The notes: generated by a model not told the origin, from the sequence alone. Positions 1 to 8,347 are shown, numbered from the stretch's first letter. The stretch: 64,000 nt of DNA from an uncultured Gammaproteobacteria bacterium (GCA_964353785.1 CAYGWK010000002.1:40293-104292); one strand, 5' to 3'. Numbers and translations: made by a program.

Positions 1-7
1 GGAAGAT

Positions 8-475
8 TTATTCAATCTCAAGAACAGTGTAGATTAACTTTCCAACCGGAGCTTCAACTTCAACCTTATCCCCAACCTTTTTACCCAAAAGAGCCCGACC
101 AAGGGGTGATTCGTGAGAAATTTTTTGACTGGATGGATCTGCTTCCCACTCACCCACCAAATGAAAAATCCCTTTTCTGCCGTGAACTTCAACCGTGACT
201 CTGCATCCCAAACCTACCTGCTTGTGACCTCCTCTGTCTTCACTAATCAACTCTGCTTTTCCTAAAACCTGTTCAAGTTCAGAAATTCGGCCATCAATAT
301 AAGATAAGTCTTGTTTTGCCTGGGTATAATCGCTGTTTTCCACTAGTTCTCCGACGACCCTGGTTGCTTGAAGTCTTTCAACCGCTGTCGGTCGCTTGAC
401 GCCAGTTAGCGCCTCATGTTCTTTTTTGAGGTTTTCTAAACCCTCACGGGTTAAATATACTTTATCTTCATCCAT
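8..475 (-). CDS. greA: transcription elongation factor GreA (ORF extends to 580; likely start at MDEDKVYLT)
   Basis: Translation matches GreA N-terminal coiled-coil plus C-terminal FKBP-like domain (…VEVHGRKGIFHLVGEWEADP…GKKVGDKVEV…); internal Met at 475 gives canonical ~155 aa. Confidence 0.8.
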   Translation of the reverse strand: MDEDKVYLTREGLENLKKEHEALTGVKRPTAVERLQATRVVGELVENSDYTQAKQDLSYIDGRISELEQVLGKAELISEDRGGHKQVGLGCRVTVEVHGRKGIFHLVGEWEADPSSQKISHESPLGRALLGKKVGDKVEVEAPVGKLIYTVLEIE

Positions 476-648
476 ATGACCCTTAAACAAAAAATCACCT
501 TTTGGGTGTGTTTTTGGGCAAGAGAGGTTTTTCTCTATTTCGGCATCATACAACGAGAAGAAAATTTTGTCAAGTCCCAAGGTAAAGAGAGTGAACTACC
601 GTTTCGTTGTTTCAAACCCTGGAAGAATTGGGACTATGTTCTCAATAG

Positions 649-654
649 TATAAT
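649..654 (+). promoter_or_regulatory. TATAAT -10 box 8 nt upstream of ATG of 663..1916 ORF (near-leaderless)
   Basis: TATAAT at 649-654, TTGGGA 15 nt upstream; ATG at 663. Confidence 0.3.
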
Positions 655-662
655 ACAAACAT

Positions 663-1916
663 ATGAAACGTCCGGCTCTATTAACCCTTTTTTGCGTAAC
701 TGTTTTAGTTATTGTTTCCACTCTCCAGTTAAATTATGCCCTCAGAACCCATCTTTATTTTTCTCAGGATGATTTTATGTCAATTGCTTGTTTCTCTAAC
801 AATAGTTACCTAAGTGTTCTTTCCCAATTTATTAGGTCAGGAGATCTTATAGTTCCGAAAAGAATGATTGGTAACCTTTTGGGCTATTTGAACTTTAAAA
901 TTTTACTAGACTTATTTTCTGTCAACCCGCTGCCCTTTATCATCAATGATCACCTTTTCCACTTGGCCAATATTTTACTTATCTTTTATCTGTCATTTAA
1001 ATCAACGAAAAATAGGTGGGCTTCGTTACTGATAGCGATAATTTTTAATAAGTATTATTTGTTTTATTTTTCTAATATGCATGAATACTTGGTAACCTTT
1101 TTTTCCTTACTTACTTTTATACTATTTATAAATTTACCACGTCGTTTATATCTGTCTTTAATAACCTTTATTTTAGCCCTCCTTTCAAAACAATATGCCC
1201 TTGTTGTCCCCCTATTTCTCTTATATTACTCATTTTATTTTCGTAAAAAACTCTTAAAAAACAATTTCCCTTTTCTTATCGTGGCGCTAGTCTACTTATT
1301 ATTTCAACTGGTTTTTTATTTAAAAACCGTCCATGTTTGGGTCAACCCTACCTACGAAACAAGATTCAATTTGGCTTTAATTTTCAAAAATTTAAATTTT
1401 TATATTAGCCCCTTATTCTTATTAATATTATCCTTATTCCCTATATTTTCTCGAAAATATCACAGTTGGTGGTTGGAGTTAATTTTTATATTAAGTCTAT
1501 TTCCTGTTTTAGTTTTAGCAAACCGGCGTGACTTATATTATTTTTATTATCCGGCAATGTATCTTTTATTGTACGTTGTCGTTAATCTGCCAAAATCTAT
1601 TACGAAGCAATTACCTGTCTTTATTTTAGTCATCTTTCTTTTTGGTGGCCGACAAGCTTTCCCCATCATTGCCCGGCAGGATTACCCAAATTGGGAACTA
1701 GTTTCTATTAATAATTTACTTTTTACTATAAGAGAGGAGCTTAAGTCTAAACCACAAATTGCAACAATTGATACGAAGAAGCTAAATCTTTACCGAGATG
1801 CCCGTTCTGTCTTGGAATATAAAACCTTGCCGATTTTTTTAGGATCTCCCTTAAACCAAGAATATACTTTTAGCTACAATTCCCAAACCTCAACCATTAC
1901 CTGCGTAAAAAAATAG
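663..1916 (+). CDS. polytopic integral membrane protein, possibly GT-C-type glycosyltransferase / O-antigen-polymerase-like; strongly AT-rich gene
   Basis: 417-aa ORF, >10 predicted hydrophobic segments, F/L/Y/N/K-rich, DD motif after first TM; no recognisable soluble domain. Confidence 0.45.
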   Translation: MKRPALLTLFCVTVLVIVSTLQLNYALRTHLYFSQDDFMSIACFSNNSYLSVLSQFIRSGDLIVPKRMIGNLLGYLNFKILLDLFSVNPLPFIINDHLFHLANILLIFYLSFKSTKNRWASLLIAIIFNKYYLFYFSNMHEYLVTFFSLLTFILFINLPRRLYLSLITFILALLSKQYALVVPLFLLYYSFYFRKKLLKNNFPFLIVALVYLLFQLVFYLKTVHVWVNPTYETRFNLALIFKNLNFYISPLFLLILSLFPIFSRKYHSWWLELIFILSLFPVLVLANRRDLYYFYYPAMYLLLYVVVNLPKSITKQLPVFILVIFLFGGRQAFPIIARQDYPNWELVSINNLLFTIREELKSKPQIATIDTKKLNLYRDARSVLEYKTLPIFLGSPLNQEYTFSYNSQTSTITCVKK

Positions 1917-1921
1917 CCTCG

Positions 1922-1996
1922 GGTGACCCTGCCCGGATTCGAACCGGGGTTTGTAGGATGAGAACCTACTATCCTAAACCGCTAGATGACAGGGCC
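1922..1996 (-). tRNA. tRNA-Glu (anticodon CUC)
   Basis: Reverse complement folds as cloverleaf: acceptor GGCCCTG/CAGGGTC, D-stem ATCT/GGAT, anticodon stem GTAGG/CCTAC with loop TTCTCAT, T-arm CCCGG-TTCGAAT-CCGGG, discriminator A. Confidence 0.8.
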
Positions 1997-2042
1997 GGTT
2001 ACAGGGTGGATTTTACTCTATTTTTCCCTTGAAGACAAGATT

Positions 2043-4448
2043 TTAGGAAGGAAGATAGACTGGAGCAAAACCTTTAAGGCTTTCTCTTTTAGGAAAGATT
2101 TTCTTTTCTTTCTTAAGATAAAGAGCAACCCTCAAGGCTTCCTCAAGGCTTGAGACAAAGACAAATTTAATATCTTTTTTGACTCTGGAAGGAACGTCTT
2201 CCAAATCTTTTTTATTTTCCTTTGGTAAAACTATCACTTTAAGTCCGGCCCGATGAGCGGCAATTACTTTTTCTTTAACTCCGCCAATCTCCAAAACCCG
2301 ACCCCGAAGAGTTATTTCTCCAGTCATCCCTACTTCCCGATGGGTGGGAATTTTTGTTAAGGCGGAAACCAAGGCGGCGGCCATGGCCACTCCGGCCGAG
2401 GGTCCATCTTTTGGAACCGCTCCCTCAGGAACATGAATATGAACATCCAAATTTTTGGCAAAATTTTCTTTAAGACCCAGAGTTTTCCAGTGACTGCGAG
2501 CAAAAGAAAAAGCAGCTTGGGCTGATTCTTTCATTATATCTCCCAAGTGACCAGTCAGAATGAGTTGTCCTTTACCGGGCATTAAAGCCACTTCAATGAA
2601 AAGAACGTCTCCGCCTGCTTCGGTCCAGGCCAGACCAGTCGCCATTCCCACTTCATTTTTCTTTTCCGCCAAAGCTGAAGTGTATTTTTGTGGTCCTAAA
2701 AACTTCCGAGCCTCCAAAATTCCAACTTCTCCTTTAACTTTTTTCCCTTGGGCTTTTTTCTTAGCTACTTTTCGTAAAATCGTTGCCAACATTCTCTCAA
2801 GTTCCCGAACTCCAGCCTCTCTGGTATAGCGACGAATCACCTCGTAAAGTGCCTCATCTTGAATTTTTATTTTTTCAAGCCCGTGAGCCCTAACTTGTTT
2901 TGGCCAAAGAAATTGCCTGCCGATATGAAATTTTTCTTCCTCGGTGTATCCTGGGAAACTGATGACTTCAAACCTGTCCCGAAGCGCTGGCGGAACAGTA
3001 TCTAAAATATTCCCAGTGCAGATAAACATCACCTCTGATAAATCAAAAGGAACCTCAAGATAATGGTCCGAGAATTCTTTATTTTGTTCCGGATCTAAAG
3101 CCTCAAGAAGTGCCGCCGAAGGGTCTCCTCGAAAATCAATGCCAACTTTATCAATTTCATCAAGCATAAAAACTGGGTTTCTGGTTCCGGCGTTTCTCAC
3201 TCCTTGAATTATTCTTCCAGGCAAAGCACCAACATAAGTTCGTCTATGTCCCCGAATTTCTGCCTCATCCCGAATTCCCCCCAAAGAAATCCGAATAAAT
3301 TTTCGTCCTAACGCCCTGGCGATTGATTTTCCAATCGAAGTCTTTCCCACCCCGGGAGGTCCAATAAAACAAAGAATTGAGGGAGTCCCGACCTCTTCTT
3401 TTTTCTGTTTCTTGCTCTTTAATTTCATTACCGCCAAATACTCAACCACCCGCTCTTTCACCTTCTTTAAACCATAGTGGTCTTCCTCCAAAATTTTGGC
3501 GGCTCGGCTAATTCCGGTATTGTTGGGGGTGGCTTTGTTCCAAGGCATCAAGATAACCCAATCAAGCCAATTTTCAATGTAAGGTCGTTCTGGAGACATT
3601 GGCGGCATTTGGGCAAAACGAGAAAGTTCTTTCTCAACTTTTTTTCTTACGTCCGAAGACATTTTAGCCTGGTGGATTTTTTGCCTTAATTCTTTGACCT
3701 GCTCGTCTTCTTCACCAGTTAACTCTCCAAGTTCTTTTTCAATTGTTCTTTTTCTTTCGCGTAAAACCGCCTCTTTCATTTCTTTTTCAAACCGTTCCTG
3801 GGTTTTAGAGGTAATTGACCGTTCAAGTTCTAAAACCCTCAATTCTCGAGTCAAATATTCACCCACCTTTTTAAGTCTGTCTCCAACGACAGCCATTTCC
3901 AAAAGCGCCTGTTTTTCCTTGGCTTTTAAGTCTAGAGTTGAGGTAATTTGGTCAGTCAGCTCGGCCGAAGAAACCCCGGAGGAAAGTCTCATCAAAACCA
4001 TGATGTCAATTGGTTTTCCTAAATTGAAAGCCCGACGATATTCAGAAATCAAATGATTTGAAACTGCTTTGACTTCTTCTGTTTCTTTAATAATTTCTGG
4101 GATTTCTGAAACCTTGACTAAAAGAAAAGGGACATTTTGAACAATTTCTTCAAGCCTAATTCTAGCCAGTCCTCTGGCAATAGCAATAGTTGTTCCATCT
4201 GTCTCCAGGATATTTTCCAAGGAAACTAAGGTTCCAACCGGGTAGAGATCTTCTTTTTCTGGTTCAGCCACTCGGGGGTCTTTTTGGGTAAAAACGGCTA
4301 AAAATCGCTCAGGAGAGCCAGTAAAAGCGGCCTTAACGGCGCTGTTTGAGCGAGGACGACCGAAAGTTAAAGGAAATTCAGTGTAAGGAAAAACGACGCT
4401 GTCTCGTAAAGCCACGGCGGGGATAATTTTTGCTGATTTGTTTACCAT
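2043..4448 (-). CDS. lon: ATP-dependent Lon protease
   Basis: 801 aa; LON N-domain, AAA+ Walker A GPPGVGKTS, catalytic Ser motif PKDGPSAG, Lys motif in C-terminal protease domain. Confidence 0.95.
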   Translation of the reverse strand: MVNKSAKIIPAVALRDSVVFPYTEFPLTFGRPRSNSAVKAAFTGSPERFLAVFTQKDPRVAEPEKEDLYPVGTLVSLENILETDGTTIAIARGLARIRLEEIVQNVPFLLVKVSEIPEIIKETEEVKAVSNHLISEYRRAFNLGKPIDIMVLMRLSSGVSSAELTDQITSTLDLKAKEKQALLEMAVVGDRLKKVGEYLTRELRVLELERSITSKTQERFEKEMKEAVLRERKRTIEKELGELTGEEDEQVKELRQKIHQAKMSSDVRKKVEKELSRFAQMPPMSPERPYIENWLDWVILMPWNKATPNNTGISRAAKILEEDHYGLKKVKERVVEYLAVMKLKSKKQKKEEVGTPSILCFIGPPGVGKTSIGKSIARALGRKFIRISLGGIRDEAEIRGHRRTYVGALPGRIIQGVRNAGTRNPVFMLDEIDKVGIDFRGDPSAALLEALDPEQNKEFSDHYLEVPFDLSEVMFICTGNILDTVPPALRDRFEVISFPGYTEEEKFHIGRQFLWPKQVRAHGLEKIKIQDEALYEVIRRYTREAGVRELERMLATILRKVAKKKAQGKKVKGEVGILEARKFLGPQKYTSALAEKKNEVGMATGLAWTEAGGDVLFIEVALMPGKGQLILTGHLGDIMKESAQAAFSFARSHWKTLGLKENFAKNLDVHIHVPEGAVPKDGPSAGVAMAAALVSALTKIPTHREVGMTGEITLRGRVLEIGGVKEKVIAAHRAGLKVIVLPKENKKDLEDVPSRVKKDIKFVFVSSLEEALRVALYLKKEKKIFPKRESLKGFAPVYLPS

Positions 4449-4458
4449 GTTTTTTAGC

Positions 4459-4487
4459 AGTCTAGCACATTAAGTGCTAAATGTCAA
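4459..4487 (-). promoter_or_regulatory. sigma70-like promoter of lon (-35 TTGACA 4487-4482, -10 TAGACT 4464-4459, 17-nt spacer) containing palindrome TTAGCAC-N5-GTGCTAg
   Basis: Read on minus strand: TTGACAtttagcacttaatgtgcTAGACTgctaaaaaacATG; spacing and position relative to lon ATG (4448). Confidence 0.5.
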
Positions 4488-4523
4488 GGGGCGAAATGAA
4501 TTGCTTTGCAATTCAAACGCCCC
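4488..4523 (-). terminator. GC-clamped perfect hairpin (GGGGCG-aaa-TGAATTGC..GCAATTCA-aa-CGCCCC) abutting lon -35; possible terminator of upstream L,D-transpeptidase transcript or regulatory structure
   Basis: Inverted repeat seen directly; on minus strand followed by UUGACAUUU. Confidence 0.4.
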
Positions 4524-4526
4524 GCA

Positions 4527-4596
4527 CCCGCCGACCAATCTTGGCACGAGGCGTGTACGAATAGTACTGAAAAGCCGAGTGCGAAGATAAGGCGGG
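4527..4596. other. conserved ~70-nt structured intergenic motif, copy 1 (second copy at 27610..27678)
   Basis: Outer stem CCCGCC…GGCGGG; core gcacgaggcgtgta[c/t]gaata[g/a]tactgaaaagccgagtgc; compensatory change keeps gtac:gtac / gtat:atac hairpin. Confidence 0.5.
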
Positions 4597-4603
4597 AAGA
4601 GGG

Positions 4604-5260
4604 TTATTCGTGAATTATAATTCTTGTTCCCGGGTTATCTCCAGTTGACCTAACTGCATTTAGATTATCAACCGAGGGAGTTGTCCAGTAAAAAAGTTTT
4701 TCCGCTACTGGCGTGGGTAAATTAGTACATCCATGACTCATGGTTTGACCAAAGTTATTGTGCCAATAAGTTCCGTGAAGCCCAAAACCATTCTGATAAT
4801 ACATAATATAAGGGACGTTTGGAAGGTAATAATAGGTATGAAGAGCGCGACTTCCCCCAGACATTTTGGCATACTTAAACTTAGACCAGATTCTGTACTC
4901 GCCTGTCGGTGTCCTGGCCCATTTTCCAGTAGAAACCAAGGATTCTAAAAAAAGTCTCTCCCCTTCCCAAGCCCGAAGTTTTTGTTCAGATAAATCAACC
5001 TCAATCCATTTTTCCTCGCCAGTTGCCTCTCCCAGAACTTTTCGTTCGTTTGGGGAAAGTTCCCATCTGGCTGCCAAAGGGGCAGAAATTTCTTTTCCCT
5101 CAAAATAAGCCTGCGTCTCCCCAAACTGGAATCCTCCAGTTCCTTGACAGTGACAACCAGGTTTTTCAAGCAAAAATTTTTGGCTAGACAAAAACAAAAC
5201 CAAAATCGCCAAAAACAAAGCCGAGGAAAGAAGAATTAAGAAAAATCCTTTTTGTTTCAT
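4604..5260 (-). CDS. L,D-transpeptidase (YkuD/ErfK domain), secreted
   Basis: N-terminal signal/TM, catalytic motif HGTYWHNNFGQTMSHGCTNL (His…Ser-His-Gly-Cys). Confidence 0.8.
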   Translation of the reverse strand: MKQKGFFLILLSSALFLAILVLFLSSQKFLLEKPGCHCQGTGGFQFGETQAYFEGKEISAPLAARWELSPNERKVLGEATGEEKWIEVDLSEQKLRAWEGERLFLESLVSTGKWARTPTGEYRIWSKFKYAKMSGGSRALHTYYYLPNVPYIMYYQNGFGLHGTYWHNNFGQTMSHGCTNLPTPVAEKLFYWTTPSVDNLNAVRSTGDNPGTRIIIHE

Positions 5261-5311
5261 TCTAAATTAATAATATCACGAACTGGCAAAATATAGTATT
5301 ATTGATATTGT

Positions 5312-5593
5312 ATGGACTCTCAAACCAGCACCTACGAGAAACCATTGTCAACAACTTTTTTAAGACAACTGCTGATTTACTCTGTAAGCTTATTTTTACC
5401 CCCTCTGGGAATTTGGCCTGCTATTAAATATTTGCGTCAACAGGATGAAAAATCAAAAAAGATTGGTTTAGTAGCGCTTTTTTTAACCATAATTTCAATA
5501 GTGATAACAAGTTGGTTAACTATTAGTTTCATAAACTCATTCAACAAAGAACTTGGTAACCAGCTCAATCTTTACCAAGGTATAGAGTACTAA
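5312..5593 (+). CDS. small hypothetical membrane protein (2 TM)
   Basis: 93-aa ORF with two hydrophobic helices; no homolog recognised. Confidence 0.35.
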   Translation: MDSQTSTYEKPLSTTFLRQLLIYSVSLFLPPLGIWPAIKYLRQQDEKSKKIGLVALFLTIISIVITSWLTISFINSFNKELGNQLNLYQGIEY

Positions 5594-5620
5594 TATTAGC
5601 CTCGCAAGGGGAAATTGTCT

Positions 5621-6172
5621 TCAGGGCATACACGAGGGCCAAATATAGGTTTGACCAAGAGATAAAATAAAAGCGGCTGTCTGGACAGCCTCCTCAGCAT
5701 TGAAACGCAGGTCTGGGTTGATGTCTTCACCTAATAAATTACGGTACTTAATCCAGGTACTCGACGTGAATTGATAAAGTCCGGCGTAGCTAAGATTTGT
5801 TGCCAAGGGATTGAATCCGGACTCGCAAACAGCAATATATCTTAAGACATTCGGGTCAACGCCATATTGTCCTGCAAATCTTTCGATAAAACCATTTATC
5901 TGCTCAGAGCTAACCGATGATTGAGGAGTTGGGGTTGGCGTTGGTTTGAGGGTGGGCGTCGGCGTGGGTTTAGGCTTGGGCGTAGGAGTTGGAGTATTCG
6001 TTGGTTCTGGAGTTGGAGTTGGCGTCAAAGTTGGAAAAGGGGTCGGAGAAATAATCGCAGATCGCTGAGAAAGAATGTCTCCTTCCGAAAAGATATTTTT
6101 TTCAAAAAGGAAAATTCCCCCGCCTCCGATAAGAAGACCTACAAAAACCGACATAAAAAAAGCTTTCCACAC
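5621..6172 (-). CDS. membrane-anchored transglycosylase-like (Rpf/SLT-type) protein with Pro/Thr-repeat linker
   Basis: N-terminal TM, (PT)n linker, C-terminal motif [10 protein letters not shown]…[12 protein letters not shown] typical of Rpf-like transglycosylase domain. Confidence 0.6.
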   Translation of the reverse strand: MWKAFFMSVFVGLLIGGGGIFLFEKNIFSEGDILSQRSAIISPTPFPTLTPTPTPEPTNTPTPTPKPKPTPTPTLKPTPTPTPQSSVSSEQINGFIERFAGQYGVDPNVLRYIAVCESGFNPLATNLSYAGLYQFTSSTWIKYRNLLGEDINPDLRFNAEEAVQTAAFILSLGQTYIWPSCMP

Positions 6173-6266
6173 CTTAACACCATATTAAAGCATTGTTTAG
6201 GAAAATTGAAAAGTGGAAAAAATTGTCTTCAGGCTCAAAATTTGCTAAAATTAATCTGCATTTTAT

Positions 6267-6337
6267 TGGAGAGTCGTCTAACGGTAGGACAGTAGCCTCT
6301 GGAGCTACGAATCTAGGTCCGAATCCTAGCTCTCCAG
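6267..6337 (+). tRNA. tRNA-Gln (anticodon CUG)
   Basis: Acceptor TGGAGAG/CTCTCCA (U1-A72 as in bacterial tRNA-Gln), U8, D-stem GTCT/GGAC, anticodon stem GTAGC/GCTAC loop CTCTGGA, T-arm CTAGG-TCCGAAT-CCTAG, discriminator G. Confidence 0.75.
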
Positions 6338-6342
6338 CAAAA

Positions 6343-6410
6343 TCTAGGTTCGCCTGCCCCGCTGAAGCCGAATGCTAAACTTTTGTGGGGAATCCTAGTC
6401 CCGCAGCAAA
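6343..6410 (+). repeat. two partial direct copies of tRNA-Gln 3' half (6343-6362 aatctaggtTCGcctgcc; 6389-6410 gaatcctagtcccgcagcaaa) immediately downstream of the tRNA
   Basis: Direct comparison with tRNA T-arm/acceptor 3' strand gaatcctagctctccagcaaaat. Confidence 0.55.
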
Positions 6411-6976
6411 TGAAAGATAAGATTCTCAGAAAAATTTCTAAAGTTGATTATCTTCGAGAGATATTATTACGTCACAGAACTGAGTATAAAAAAATACTAG
6501 AGATAATAACCAAGCGCAACCTCACGCATAAAAGGGGTATTGGATTCTGGTCACTTACCAGAATGATTTTCCCAGTTATTGAAACCGTTGCCGATGTTGT
6601 CGAAAAGGAAAAAGAAAAATTTCTTAGTGAGGAACTGGGAGTCCCTTTTGGATTTGTTGTTTGGGAAATGTATCGCAATTCACTGATGCATACTGATGAA
6701 TTAAGGTACATAGTCTATAAAAGGAAAACAATTTTTTGGTCAATTCAATTAGGAAATGAAGATATTGGCCACCTAATTACCAAGCAGACTGATTCAATGT
6801 ATGCTGCAATACATTTGAGTATTCCTAAACTATATAGAGATTTAGAAACATTTTTAATATCAGAAATTTCCAAAAACGACAAGTCGATTATAAATGTTCA
6901 AGTTGGTAGTTACTTTTCGAAAAAAAGTAAAGGAATTCTATTAAAAGAACTCAAAGAAATACATTCAAAATATTAG
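6383..6976 (+). CDS. hypothetical protein with HEPN-like R-N-x3-H motif (YRNSLMH); possible start at 6410
   Basis: 197-aa ORF; alpha-helical-looking, motif EMYRNSLMHTDE matches Rx4-6H of HEPN RNases (inference only). Confidence 0.45.
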   Translation: MWGILVPQQMKDKILRKISKVDYLREILLRHRTEYKKILEIITKRNLTHKRGIGFWSLTRMIFPVIETVADVVEKEKEKFLSEELGVPFGFVVWEMYRNSLMHTDELRYIVYKRKTIFWSIQLGNEDIGHLITKQTDSMYAAIHLSIPKLYRDLETFLISEISKNDKSIINVQVGSYFSKKSKGILLKELKEIHSKY

Positions 6977-6988
6977 CTATGAAGAAAG

Positions 6989-7030
6989 TTATAAGGATTA
7001 ATTGGGTCCTGACCGACACGCCCAGCCAAG
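6989..7030 (+). repeat. island inter-cassette repeat R2 (tataaggatTaaTTgggtcctgaccgacacgcccagccaag)
   Basis: Homologous to R3 (8306-8347) and R5 (9378-9413). Confidence 0.5.
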
Positions 7031-7070
7031 ACGGGCACCCAAGTGTAGCTGAATTCCATCAATCAATTCC

Positions 7071-7709
7071 ATGTCAATAAACGACGCGGTAACAATTCCA
7101 GAAGAGATAAAGATTCAAATGCAAATGCAGGCGTACCTCGACAGAGCGATTGATTATTATATTTTTGCACGCAAGGCAGTTATGCTTGGTGTGTTACCCG
7201 TAGGCGGTAGCTTGTTTCATATAGCGGTGGAGATGGCGCTACACTGCGGATTATCAACTAAGTATTCCCAGACTGAACTTGAGAAAAGATTCTTGCATCA
7301 CGAACTTCCTTATATGTGGTCTGAGTTTAAAACAACTTTTATAAGTACTAAACTTTCTAAGTTTGATAAATTCGTAAATCATCACCGGCAGTGGAAAGAA
7401 TTGAGATATCCGAAGAGTAAATCAAAAGGATCGATAATCTTTTTTGGTCGTACTAAACCTGATCCTGAAGTTATGAAGAGAAATATGGCGAATTTTCCTA
7501 AGAGCAACATTCAAATAGAAATAAACCTTGAAGACATGGATGAGTTTATGACCGCTTTAATTCTAGCAATTGGTATAAACCCTGACCATATTAAACTCCA
7601 CCTTCAACACAACGCTGAGTTGCAGAAACTTTATCTTGACGAGAATGTTCATCCATTGTTTAGCGCCGATACAAAGGTTAGCTCTACTACTCTCTTACAA
7701 AGGCAATGA
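7071..7709 (+). CDS. hypothetical protein, classical HEPN-domain-like N-terminal half
   Basis: SLFHIAVEMALHCGL…HHELPYM…QWKELRYP resembles PF05168-type HEPN helix pattern (FHaqQavEkaLK…RYP); inference. Confidence 0.45.
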   Translation: MSINDAVTIPEEIKIQMQMQAYLDRAIDYYIFARKAVMLGVLPVGGSLFHIAVEMALHCGLSTKYSQTELEKRFLHHELPYMWSEFKTTFISTKLSKFDKFVNHHRQWKELRYPKSKSKGSIIFFGRTKPDPEVMKRNMANFPKSNIQIEINLEDMDEFMTALILAIGINPDHIKLHLQHNAELQKLYLDENVHPLFSADTKVSSTTLLQRQ

Positions 7710-8311
7710 TGGGAAATAACATGAATAAAAAAATTAAATGTCAAGAATGTAATAGAGAATTCACAAATATGACCACGCATTTAATAAAAGCGCATGGTCT
7801 AAGTAAAAAAGACTATCTTCTGAAATATCCTGGAGCCAAAATAGTTTCAGATACCTTTCGAGAATGGCAGAGAAATAGAATGAAAAAATTATACGAAAGT
7901 GACAATGTTGGTTATAGAAAGATAGCTGGTAGTAGAACATTCGATTTTGTTAAAAATAATAAATTAAGATTATTACTCCAAAGAGACTACCAATCTGCAA
8001 AAAAATGTTTACAAAACGAATTATGGAAACCCGCAATCATTCTTTACGGTTCTCTAATTGAGGCAGTTTTAAGAGAGGCCACAGAGACAGAAGATTTCAA
8101 GTCTGCGCTAGATAAGGCGCTTAAAGAAGAAATAATTTCCGACACGGAATTTCATCAAATACATGTCGTGAAGGACTTTAGAAATTTTGTCCATTTACAT
8201 AAAGAGCTATCAGAAGGAGGGGTAAGGGTAATAAGTGACTATTGGGCAAGAACCCTTTCCGAAATATGCGAGTCGCTTATAAAAAGATTTAGAAAAGTGG
8301 GGAAACTATAA
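7706..8311 (+). CDS. Ros/MucR-type C2H2 zinc-finger protein fused to HEPN-like C-terminal domain
   Basis: KCQECNREFTNMTTHLIKAHGLSKKDY = C-x2-C-x9-H-x4-H-G-L-S-x3-Y as in Ros/MucR (PF05443); C-terminal DFRNFVHLH R-x4-6-H; start overlaps previous ORF stop by 4 nt (operon). Confidence 0.55.
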   Translation: MMGNNMNKKIKCQECNREFTNMTTHLIKAHGLSKKDYLLKYPGAKIVSDTFREWQRNRMKKLYESDNVGYRKIAGSRTFDFVKNNKLRLLLQRDYQSAKKCLQNELWKPAIILYGSLIEAVLREATETEDFKSALDKALKEEIISDTEFHQIHVVKDFRNFVHLHKELSEGGVRVISDYWARTLSEICESLIKRFRKVGKL

Positions 8312-8347
8312 GGATGAAAGGGTCCTAGACCAGCCTGCTCAGCAAAA
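8306..8347 (+). repeat. island inter-cassette repeat R3 (tataaggatgaaagGGTCCTAGACCagccTGCTCAGCAaaat)
   Basis: Contains palindromes GGTCCTAGACC and TGCTCAGCA and tRNA-Gln-3'-end-like tcctag…cagcaaaat. Confidence 0.5.

Noticed and set aside
2560-4056. Plus-strand ORFs (2560-2829, 3477-3689, 3694-4056) inside lon
   Set aside because: Antisense to a high-confidence Lon protease CDS; low-complexity Ser-rich translations; no start context.
4440-4600. Canonical HrcA CIRCE element (TTAGCACTC-N9-GAGTGCTAA)
   Set aside because: Only half-sites are present (7-bp arms with 5-nt spacer at the lon promoter; single GAGTGCTAA in motif copy 2), so not called as a CIRCE site.
6193-6378. 61-aa ORF in track
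   Set aside because: Coincides with tRNA-Gln and its downstream repeats; not coding.
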